A DNA stretch of 64,000 nt, from NCBI GenBank assembly GCA_037447605.1, contig CM074817.1, positions 496,001-560,000 on the forward strand, read 5' to 3'. The DNA is from Zygnema circumcarinatum SAG 698-1b. Lineage: Eukaryota; Plantae; Zygnematophyceae. Position numbers and translations under genes: made by a program. Numbering within the stretch: position 1 is the first letter of the stretch; each line of letters opens with the position of its first letter. Positions 1 through 10,500 of the stretch are shown here, one piece after another. The notes beneath the pieces are model-generated. The model searched no databases. It was not told where the DNA came from and saw nothing but the letters and a program-made list of their open reading frames with translations.

Positions 1-837
1 TTGGAATTCGGTCAATGGTGGGAGACAACAGGAGAGGTACCCGGGAGATCATTTGCCGCGAGAGAGGGGCTTGAAACGTCCAGCTGTTGACGGCAGTTTC
101 ACCTCAGCTCCTCATTCAAAACGGGAAACATTGTTAAACCAACCTTTTAGCAGGAGAGAAGCAGTTCGTGCGGAAGCAGTTGAAGCAGGAGAATCATCGG
201 CAAAACACCGTGGCGACCAGGATTTTGCACAGAGCGACGCTGTTTCACTCAATGGAAACTATCTGGAAGTGGAGCCTGGAGTGGCTGTCGTGGAGACATG
301 CACAGGGGCAGGACCTCTGAGAGATGGGTTTCTGAACTGTGGAAGAGATTCAAAGTGGAGTGGTTCTCTAGCTAGTTGGCAAGTAAAAGTTGACAGCAAA
401 GGTAGGGAATGGGAGCCCTCTGTTGAACTTCTGGAAGAACGTCAAGTTCTTGAAAGACAACCCGTTGGTGATGGAGATGGGATAATCGGCTCTCCTATTT
501 GCCCGGTGTGCTGTGTGGAGTTTGGTCTCCATGCCAGCAATGATACCATCAATGACCATATCGATCAGGTGTGGCAACGCCTCACGCCTTCACAGTTTGT
601 CTCGAATCATTGGCTAACCTTGACACCAATATCTGGATTATGTTTAGTTTTAAGTAGCAGCTTCCTGCGGCTGTCAGTCGAGCAATTTTTCCTTTTGGAA
701 GCATCCGACTGTGGAGGACAGGATCGCTGAACTGCAGGTTGGGCCGTTTTGCTCAGTGAATTGGTATCTCTCCATTGAATTGCCCAACACTTCTCCCTTA
801 TCTTTGTCCTGTGCAGTGCCTTGCCAATACTACGTGA
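1..837 (+). CDS. 3' part of a gene ending in a UBZ4 (Rad18-type) ubiquitin-binding zinc finger; probable DNA-damage-response protein
   Basis: The frame is open from the window start to a GT donor at 569. Splicing to the AG at 815-816 (phase 0) gives CPVCCVEFGLHASNDTINDHIDQ|CLANTT*, which restores the CxxC...HxDxC UBZ4 pattern. The 5' part lies outside the window. Confidence 0.7.
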
Positions 838-2153
838 TTTTCCGTCCGAACTTGAACACATCTATCCGCACGGAAGGAGGCACATCAGTTTTGATGCCCG
901 CGGTGCTGATCCAACATAGCGAGACTCTCCGTGTGGATTATCTCATGCGCACGGGTTAGGTTTTGACAATAATCAGCGTCACCTAACTGACGAATGGAAG
1001 TGATTTATGGACTGCAATTAAATGGAATCAGTCGGCCCCGAGAACTTCAAGGTGTAGATTTGCTGGACGTTTCGTGGTACCGACTTTGGGTTACGCTACT
1101 ATTCAATTTCTTGTACATGACAGACAAGCAATTGAGTAGTTTTTTTTAGCTTTGGGATCGTGGAAGGCCAGTCCGCCTGCAGACAGAGGAGAGTGTCCTT
1201 GAACAAGTGGTGGCGAGGAGTCACCCACTTGTTGAGGTACTGCAAGTAGGTGCGCTGCGGATGCACGAGCATCAACAGGGACTAGCTGGGTCTGTGCCCT
1301 GGAAAACTTGGATGATTCAGACGTGCAATAAGTCTGCCCCAGATGCAGCCGGATGAGTCGGAGTACTTTGGCTGAATGGGAGAAGATAGCGCCCTTTTTG
1401 ATAGGAGCGGTGCCCCACGCGATTCTTCTGCTGACCCTGAAGTGGGGATTCGGCTCCTGCACCAGAAGAATGGGGTGGCTGCTGCTTGCAGTGGTATATC
1501 AGCGACCTCTGGAAGAAGGAAAGGCGACAGCTTTCTCAAAAGCTGTTCTAGTGCCATTGTAAAGTTGTTTGGTTTTTATGCATAATACATTCCCTCAGCT
1601 GTTTGAAGATGGATGCTGTCGAGGTTTGTCCCTGTTCTAAGGGCCAAGGTGCGCTTTTTGGAGAAAATCCCCAAATTCCGAGTCAGGACTATCCGATATG
1701 GGCAAGACACAGCCATGAAACCTCCATTTGTTGCATGAGATGCCTGAAAAAAACGGCGCTGCATTTCACCCCTGGGAGGCTGTTCTCGCCAGTATGGGGA
1801 CGAGGCAATTAGGAGGTGTGTGGCTCATGACACAGGAAGCTACACTTGCGACAACAAGGAAGTGCTCGCTCGCCCGCTGCCTTTTGTGGGGGGAGTCAGT
1901 CTTGTGGGCCCTGTGGTTCTCTACTTTCTCGTCTAATACTACACTACTGCGCGCTGTGTTGGCGCATGAGCTGCCTGGCTGCCTGTCTATTCGAATCCAT
2001 GCATCCTAAAAACCCTGATGTTTAGTAACATAAAAAATAAAAGAATTATTATTATTATTATTTTTTCATGACCTGCCTGCCTGCCTGGCTTCTGGTCCAC
2101 TGGAGAGCGTCCGTGCCACTGCATTGCAGGCAGCATCGCGGCAGGACGCGGCG

Positions 2154-5100
2154 CTATCTGTCGCTGCTGTGGCCCGCGAGGGCGACCAGCGCCTCCTTCC
2201 GGAAGGGCTTCACGAGGCACCCGTCCGCCCCCGCAGCGAGCGTGCGCGCGCCCGCGGGCCCCTCCGCGGCAGCGGGCGGCAGAATGGCCCAGATCGCCAA
2301 GCGCCGCGGGGGGTGGTGCTGCTGCTGCTGCTGCTCCGCCTCCCACCGCCGGTACTGCGCGGCCACCTCGCTGCACTCGGCCTGCACTCGGCGATTGCCC
2401 CGTCAGCGACTCGTATGCCCAATAGCACGTGGCAGCGTTCCATAGACGGGCGAGGAAAGAGCTCGATGATGATGCCCACCGGCCTCTCTCTCCATTCCAT
2501 GCCCCCAAAATCTTTCCCTACAGTCCTCCTTGACCTGTTCGTGAAGTTATGCTTATCCGAAGACCAGGGTTGGCGAATTGATTAACTTGCATTGCATTCG
2601 TGTACCTCAAGGGAGGGAGGGCGGAGGGGGGGGCTCACCGGCGCGAGCGCAAGCAGAAGTAGGTGAACCGGCCGTGCAGAACGGCTGCACAGCCGTTGCA
2701 GTGCCTCCGCGCCGCTCTCCGCCACCTCCACCGCGTGGCCTGCGCCGACGAGGGCTTCTCCTTGATGTCAAAATTATGTTCCAAATAATGAACGAAAAAA
2801 TCAAAAGAGCTTTTCGTCATCAAGTTAGACTTATCCAGTGCATGATATATCTCACATAAAACAACTGAGGGCTTCTTTGACCCCAAAAACTAGTCATCAA
2901 GCAATTGTCACTCCTCTGCTTTGCCGAGGCGAGAGAGAATCACATCATCACTTTGGAACGATAAAAAAACTGGGTGATTGCTTCTAACGTGTAGGGGCAG
3001 ATGAGATCTTTACTTCGGCAAACATGATGGCCATGGTCACGCCCAGGGAGAGAGAAGTGCACCTGCGCGTGTGAGCATTTTCCTCAGAAGCACCTGCGTA
3101 AGGGCCACGCTATCCACCACCAGCACTGTGCGCTGCAAGCCTGCCCCGTCTCCCTTCCCCCTCCTTCTGCCTTGCAAGCGCCCCCCCCATGGCTGGACCT
3201 GCCGCTGCGTCGTCTCCAGCTCCCGATCACGGAGAGGCAGCACAAGGGCAGCTCGTTCAGGAGGCAGAGCGGCCTGAGCAGTCCGTGGAAGCTCGTCTTT
3301 GCGTTTCTTTACTGCCTCCGAAGCTTCTGAATGCTTCTTATCAGAAGGCAGCTTCCACGCTGCTTGTTGCTGGAGACGACACTGAGACTCGTCATGCGTA
3401 GCCCCCTCCCTGCAGACTTCTCCTTTGGGAACTCTTTTCTCTCTTTCTGCTGTTTCGCTTGATTGTGGCAAGCTGCTCTTTGTTGATCCATCTGTTCGGA
3501 TGCCCTCTTCCTCCATGTCCAAGTGAATGTCTACTACGTCACTAGAAGTCCTTGACATGTCGTCCTTATAACATTCCTCTTCTTGCTTCCGCCAAGAGCT
3601 CCTTCCTGACACGGAGGGTTCAGCGTCTTCTTCCTTTCGCGCTATGTCTATTCTCGAACACGACTCTCTCGTCCATTGGAACAATGGAGCTTGCAATTCC
3701 GAGTTCTGTCCCTGCCCACAGTCCCACCCAGCCCCAGCAAGGGAGGCTGCTTCTACTCCTCTCTCATGTGGCGGCCCCCTCCAACTGCCCTGCCGCACAA
3801 AAGGACGAGTGGCCCTCTCCCACGCAGCATCCTCCGGAGTCTCCAAAGGGTCAAGCGTTGCGAGAGGCGGGCTAGGAGCTGCCTCTGCCTGCTTGTGGGC
3901 TTTCTCATCGGCGCGAGCAGCAGTGCTCTCTGAGGGCGGGGGAAGCAGCGGCCCTTCGCACTGCGCTGCAGGGTGGAGGCTGCGCTCTGCCTGCCCGCCG
4001 TCGCCTGCGAGCGATGTGGCCTGCAGGGCAGGGCAGGGCAGGGCGCCATCTCCCCGATGAGTGGGGCTCTGAGTGCATGCACATCCAGTCAGCAGAAGTG
4101 GCCGTATCTCCTTCGCTCGAAGGAGGAGGATGTGGGGCGGGGGGGAGGACTAGGAGGGCTGTTTCAGTAGGGTAGTGTGGCAGGTGAGCCCCACTGAAGC
4201 AGCCCCCTATTGCCTTCCATCCGCAGCTCACAATTCTCCACGCAGGAAAGGGGGGTTTGCTTTGATTACTAGATATCCATTCAACTTTTTCAAGGAGAGG
4301 AGACCCTTGATATGGAGAGGGGTAAAGGCCGCAATCCTGGCAAACGGCGACATAGTCATGCACTGTTTTATTTTGACTTGCTCACCGTGGCAGCGGGGGA
4401 GGAGGAGGCGGCCTCGCTGCCCGGAGCGGTTCCGATCGCGTCCAGAGCCTCGAGCAGGTCCGCGACTGCTCCGCCCTCGTCCAGACGCGCTCGGATCGCC
4501 GCCGCGACCGCGCGCACTCTGCAAAGGAAGGAACGCTCGAGGCACCCGCCAGCGTGAGCCGTCCGCCAGAGGGAGGGAGGGAGGGTGGGGCAGGGCAGGG
4601 CCGTACTCGAGCAGCGTGGCAGGGGGGCGGGGGGGGCAGGTTTCCACTGGACGCGCCTCTGCGGGCCACGTGGCGAAGGCTCGGCGCCAGCAGGCCTCCG
4701 CGCAGCGCGCGAGCAACGCCGCCGCCATGCGCGCCATGGAGTACAACAGCCATGGCGCGCGCTCCGACGCGCTGCTGCTTGCCACCGACAGAACCGCCCT
4801 GCGAGCAAGCAGTGTCCCCTCGAGTTAGTTTTCTCGGCAGAGCTGCACTCTCGCCTTGCACTTACTCGCTGTACTTCGTCAATTTCCTTATTGAGAGTGG
4901 GTGGGTGGGGGGGAAAGAGAGAGGAGAGGGGAGGAATTACGCGAGGAGGAGACAGTGGAGCCATGGCAGGCCGAGCGGGGCGAAGGAGAAGAGGAGGAGG
5001 CAGCTGAGGAGCGCCATGGCGTCCGATGCATCCCCCAGCGCCATGCGCGCGGCCATGACGAGCAGCGCCGCCGCCGCCATTGCGCTGTATGCCGCGCGGA

Positions 5101-5470
5101 GGCCGAGCCCGCCCTTCCTCCGCAGCAGCCACAGCCACAACAGGGCGAGCAGCGCCCCCGCCCCGACCAGCGCGCAGTTCAACCGCGCCCGCCATGGGGA
5201 CGAGCAGAGCGCCTCCATGCCACCACCCATAACCAGTAGAGAAAGCGCCAAAAATGGCTCCCAAGTCTCACGCAGATTCCCCTCCATGGCGTTCTGGAAG
5301 CGCTGCTCCATGGCGGGGTCCTGGAAATGCAGGCTCAGCCCCCCCATGATGCCGCGAGTTTCCTCCCCCCTCCAGATGGAAAAGGTCCTGCTTTCGTCCC
5401 CCTTCTCAGCAGCCGCCATGGCGGCGGGCCCCCCGTGCGCGGGCAGGCGCTCGTACCCGGCTCCCGCCAT
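2154..5470 (-). CDS. Multi-pass membrane protein with a C-terminal pseudo-receiver (response-regulator-like) domain; no recognisable kinase or cyclase catalytic domain
   Basis: Exons: ~5470-4941 (ATG MAGAGYERLP; LHFQDPAMEQRF; hydrophobic helices), ~4799-4607, ~4519-4386, ~4010-3062, 2739-2639, 2381-2154, all GT-AG and in phase. The spliced C-terminus reads TVLVVDSVALTQVLLRKMLTRAG|HAVEVAESGAEALQRL..VHLLLLALAP|AECSEVAAQYRRWE..LAIWAIL..LAAGADGCLVKPFRKEAL, a receiver-fold pattern. Confidence 0.75.
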
Positions 5471-7244
5471 GGCCTCCGCCTCTCCCTCTCTCTCTCCCAC
5501 TCCCTCCCTCCCTCCCAGCGCGAACTGTAGCCGTACGGGCGGCTACGAGTTAGCTCGTCGCGCGGGCTCGTCGCGCGGGGGTGCTAACTGTCGGTCCAAA
5601 CTCAAGACGTGGCGCCTTCCCACAGGCCGACCTGGCACCACGTGTCGCCGCCCGGATGGCGGGAGGGGGGCGACGTGGCCCCCTCGCGGCAGCGCCCTTG
5701 TCCGATATCGCGCGGCCGTACGGACGGCCCCGCAAACGGCCAAACGAGCGGGACGAACCGGCGGGGGCCGTACAGTCCGGCCCCCGCATAATCGTCGGAG
5801 CACCGACACACGCGACAAGCGTGCGGGCACCTCTGTACAGACAGTACGGTCGCGGCGGGCGGGCGGCACCTGCATGTTCACCGAGGACTGGCGCGCNNNN
5901 NNNNNNGGGAGGGAGGGAGGGAGGGAGGGAGGGAGGGGCAGGGCAGGGCCGTACTCGAGCAGCGTGGCAGGGGGGCGGGGGGGGCAGGTTTCCACTGGAC
6001 GCGCCTCTGCGGGCCACGTGGCGAAGGCTCGGCGCCAGCAGGCCTCCGCGCAGCGCGCGAGCAACGCCGCCGCCATGCGCGCCATGGAGTACAACAGCCA
6101 TGGCGCGCGCTCCGACGCGCTGCTGCTTGCCACCGACAGAACCGCCCTGCGAGCAAGCAGTGTCCCCTCGAGTTAGTTTTCTCGGCAGAGCTGCACTCTC
6201 GCCTTGCACTTACTCGCTGTACTTCGTCAATTTCCTTATTGAGAGTGGGTGGGTGGGGGGGAAAGAGAGAGGAGAGGGGAGGAATTACGCGAGGAGGAGA
6301 CAGTGGAGCCATGGCAGGCCGAGCGGGGCGAAGGAGAAGAGGAGGAGGCAGCTGAGGAGCGCCATGGCGTCCGATGCATCCCCCAGCGCCATGCGCGCGG
6401 CCATGACGAGCAGCGCCGCCGCCGCCATTGCGCTGTATGCCGCGCGGAGGCCGAGCCCGCCCTTCCTCCGCAGCAGCCACAGCCACAACAGGGCGAGCAG
6501 CGCCCCCGCCCCGACCAGCGCGCAGTTCAACCGCGCCCGCCATGGGGACGAGCAGAGCGCCTCCATGCCACCACCCATAACCAGTAGAGAAAGCGCCAAA
6601 AATGGCTCCCAAGTCTCACGCAGATTCCCCTCCATGGCGTTCTGGAAGCGCTGCTCCATGGCGGGGTCCTGGAAATGCAGGCTCAGCCCCCCCATGATGC
6701 CGCGAGTTTCCTCCCCCCTCCAGATGGAAAAGGTCCTGCTTTCGTCCCCCTTCTCAGCAGCCGCCATGGCGGCGGGCCCCCCGTGCGCGGGCAGGCGCTC
6801 GTACCCGGCTCCCGCCATGGCCTCCGCCTCTCCCTCTCTCTCTCCCACTCCCTCCCTCCCTCCCAGCGCGAACTGTAGCCGTACGGGCGGCTACGAGTTA
6901 GCTCGTCGCGCGGGCTCGTCGCGCGGGGGTGCTAACTGTCGGTCCAAACTCAAGACGTGGCGCCTTCCCACAGGCCGACCTGGCACCACGTGTCGCCGCC
7001 CGGATGGCGGGAGGGGGGCGACGTGGCCCCCTCGCGGCAGCGCCCTTGTCCGATATCGCGCGGCCGTACGGACGGCCCCGCAAACGGCCAAACGAGCGGG
7101 ACGAACCGGCGGGGGCCGTACAGTCCGGCCCCCGCATAATCGTCGGAGCACCGACACACGCGACAAGCGTGCGGGCACCTCTGTACAGACAGTACGGTCG
7201 CGGCGGGCGGGCGGCACCTGCATGTTCACCGAGGACTGGCGCGC
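4570..7244. repeat. ~1.33-kb direct tandem duplication (~4570-5896 and ~5918-7244, offset 1348) separated by a 10-N gap at 5897-5906; probable assembly overlap
   Basis: The ORF track gives identical translations at offset 1348 (4937..5500 vs 6285..6848; 5602..5811 vs 6950..7159). Copy 1 ends exactly at the N run and copy 2 begins in a (GGGA)n microsatellite. Confidence 0.9.
6875..7200. promoter_or_regulatory. Cluster of SBP/SPL-type CCGTAC/GTAC motifs with short GC-rich inverted repeats upstream of the pseudo-receiver gene (also in the duplicate copy 5527-5852)
   Basis: CCGTAC at 6879, 7064 and 7116, GTACGG at 7192, and GTAC at 7183. Stems: GTAGCCG..CGGCTAC, GGCCGT..ACGGCC and CGGGGGCC..GGCCCCCG. 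Function is inferred. Confidence 0.4.
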
Positions 7245-7593
7245 AAACGAATCTACGATCTGCGATCGAATCTACGAAAGGAACGCTCGCAATGACTTTA
7301 CAAGTCTGTGTTGTGGAGTGGCGCAAACCACGAGGACTGGTGTGGCAGGAGGAGGGTTCAAGCACGCGACGGCGACGAGTAGAAGAAATGGTCCCGGTAT
7401 TCACTGCTTCGGTCGGCGCATTGCACACGGCAGAGGGGGGCGATGGCTGTTTGTTGATGATCCGAACGCTGCCCTCAATGGCAGTAACGGGACGGTGTGC
7501 CACTCTGAATGTGTGGTGAGACGACTTTCACCGGGAAATCTGGCGGCATGAAATATAAAGAATTGGCGGGAGCACACTATGCACAATATGAAA

Positions 7594-10500
7594 TTATTCG
7601 TTCCTTTTGGTGTACTCTAAAAGAATGTGCGGCGACCTGTATATCTTAATGAGAGTCCAGAAGAGCCCCTCCTCGAGCTCCAACTCGCCCTCCGCGCGCG
7701 CCGCGTAGATGTCCTCGCAGATGGCGAGGAGGCGGTCGCAGGAGGGGAAGTTCTCGAAGGGGATGCGCATGCGCAGGTTGGACATGTTGAAGCGGATGAA
7801 CCGCCCCACCGCGAGCACGAACGTGAGGTACAGCCCCATGATGCTCAGCGACTGCAGGGCCTCTCCCAGCGCCCCCGCTGCCAGCCCCCCCTCCCCCCGC
7901 CCCGCCTATCAATATCATCCATCGCCTGCCACAGCCACCCTCTCCCTGCTGCTTTGCCCTCCCTCCCTCCCTGCCGGCCGCCAGCAACACGACACCCCTC
8001 AGACAGACAGACAGACAGAGAGCTGAACGAAGGGGAGGGAGGGAGAGGGAGCGGCGCACCGGGCACCTCCTCGGACACAGTGACGGCCATAGGCCCGCCC
8101 TCAGCGGCGCAGAGGTCGGAGGGCGTCGCGCTGCTGAAGGACCACCACGGGACCGCGCCGCCCATCAGCGTCAGGTTTCCGTCCACCAACTCCTGCACAC
8201 AGTCGGTCCACGGGGCGCAAAAGGATTCGGAAATCAATCTCCACCCAAAGGGAGCAAAGAAATGCCTACTTGAGCAGACTTTCAGTATAAAACTGTCTTA
8301 TGGATGCTTTACAGCGTCCCTCAGGCGATTTTCTCCTGGTTCGAAAGGCCACACGCAGCGAAAAGCATGGCAAGAGAGCAGCTGCTGCTTACATTCGAAT
8401 TCTCAAGCATGCGAGCCCGCCCGGAGCCGGGCAACTTCCAATAGAGAGGATAGAGTTGCGGCAGGCTCAACGTGGAGGAGTTTCCGTTCAGCACAGCAAT
8501 GAGCTCCTTCGCCAGCTGGGCGCCGCTCACCTGCGTGTACATCTCCTGCTTGGAGGACCCCGGCAAGCCGTCAGCGGTCAGCGGTCAGCGCGGCGGTCTA
8601 TGCTCTGAACGGCCCCTCGAGGGGCCACTCACTGGCCACTCACCTCGATTTCGCCACTCACTGTGCCCCTTCAGAAGGGCGCAAGGCAGGAGAGGGGCGG
8701 CGCACCTCCCAGCGGAGGGTCTCCTTCCCGATTGGGCGCGCTCGCGTGAATTCCCACTGCACTTGCAGGGCGGCGCGGTCGTCCAGGAGGGCCTGCACGC
8801 GGTGGAGCGTGGGGGGTGGGAGCGCCCACACGGCGTCGGCGTCGGGGTAGCAGCACACCGCGCGCAGGTCGGCGGCGTCGTACCCGCGCAGTGGGGTGTG
8901 CGCGGAGGCGTTGAAGCGGTCCGCGTCGAGCAGACGGCGGCGCTGCCCCGCGCGGTACAGCTCTAAGGACCCGTCGGGGGTGGCCAGGAGGACGCGGATG
9001 TTCACCTCCTGCACCAAGTTCGGGAAATTCGTGGGATTCCCACTACTGTAGATCTGCATGCACGCCCCGCACAGCTCCCCGGATGTCACGCCTGCCCGCG
9101 CAACAAATACCCAGGACAGGTGCAGGACGCTATTACCTCGCCCCTCATCTCCGCTTCCTGACACAAACAACCTCCCGCAAACCCAACTCCGCAGCACCCA
9201 TTTTATGGCCCAGTTATCTTCAGCCACTCGTGAGACTGGAATGAAAACGCTGCGGAGAAGGGGCGGGGGAGAATTGACCAGCATGGGAGCCCAGATGATG
9301 GAGATGAGAATCACAAAGATGAACACTCCTGGAAAAAGCTTTGAAGATAAAGGCCGAGCTTCTCCTAGCCGATGCTTTGACCGAAAAAGTTTGATGTCGC
9401 ACGCAATGAGAAAAAGCGAGGCATATATGTCCTCCAGCTGCAGCGTCAACCCCCCCGCACACACAAGCAGTATGGCAGCAGAGTCAGCAGATGAAGAGTC
9501 CCGTTTTCTTTTCTCTCTGTCCCTCAGCCCCTACGGCTGGCAGAGAGCGGCAAAAGGCTCACCTTAAGCCAATCATAGAGCGGCAACGCAGTGGTTGTAC
9601 AACTCCAATCGAGTACACAACGTAGCTCGTAGAGGAAGGGCAGCGCACGGTAGAGCTGCAGGCCCCGTTGGCGGAGTCTCGTGATCTTGCGCATGAGAAA
9701 CTGGCTAGAGGAGCTGGTCGGGTTGGGCGCGCCGTACTTTATCTGCAGCGCTGCAAGGGCGAAGGAGATGCTCTTCAGGAGGTAGAAGCAGCGAAAGGAA
9801 TTGTGCGACTCCTGCAGGCGGGAGTTCCAAAACAGGCGCTGCACGAAGCCCGTAAAGAGAGCGAGAGACGTGAAGTGGGAGAGCGCCCTGCCCAGTCCGG
9901 ACGAGCAGAGGTAGAACACGCGATCGAGCACTATGAAGAAAAACTGTGTCTGCACAGCACAGAACAGCCGTCGCACGACATATACCTTACTATGCGTGCA
10001 GTTTGACAATTTCTATGGTATCCACATGCATTTGGATGTGGGAAAGGTTGGAAGATTGCAGAATGAGCCCAGTCTCGCAGAAGAGGGGTGGATGTGCAGG
10101 AGAACAGCGCATTCGCACAGGCGAGGGAAGGTGTACAAGGAGCCTTGCCATGAGAACGGCCACATAGTCTTTCGGGAACTGGTCCTCCTGCTGATACGTT
10201 TCTTCCGAGAAAGGAGACAGGTCTTTCACTGCAGCTTGGTAGAGGAAGGCCACATAGAAGAAGGCCAAAAGATCGGCTCCAAAGGTGAATGCATACAGAT
10301 CCACCTCCCGCTTGCCACCTGTCCACACAATCGTCCGAGATGCTGACGATAAGCTCACCAGACCACAAACGCTGCTGGGGCCCTATAAGCCGTCAGGTCA
10401 GACATCCCCACCCTAAGCCCTGCAGCTATGCAGTTCACCAGCCGTAGTTCAGCAAATTCTGCTGCTGGGAATCCATCCTAGTCTTAAACAATCTCTCTTT

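Noticed and set aside
1040-2009. Several 60-120 aa ORFs on both strands
   Set aside because: No motif or consistent splice chain; the region lies between two convergent 3' ends and is probably UTR or intergenic.
4554-7551. Long plus-strand ORFs (540 aa and 656 aa)
   Set aside because: They are antisense shadows of GC-rich minus-strand exons, run through the N gap and the duplicated segment, and show no recognisable motifs.
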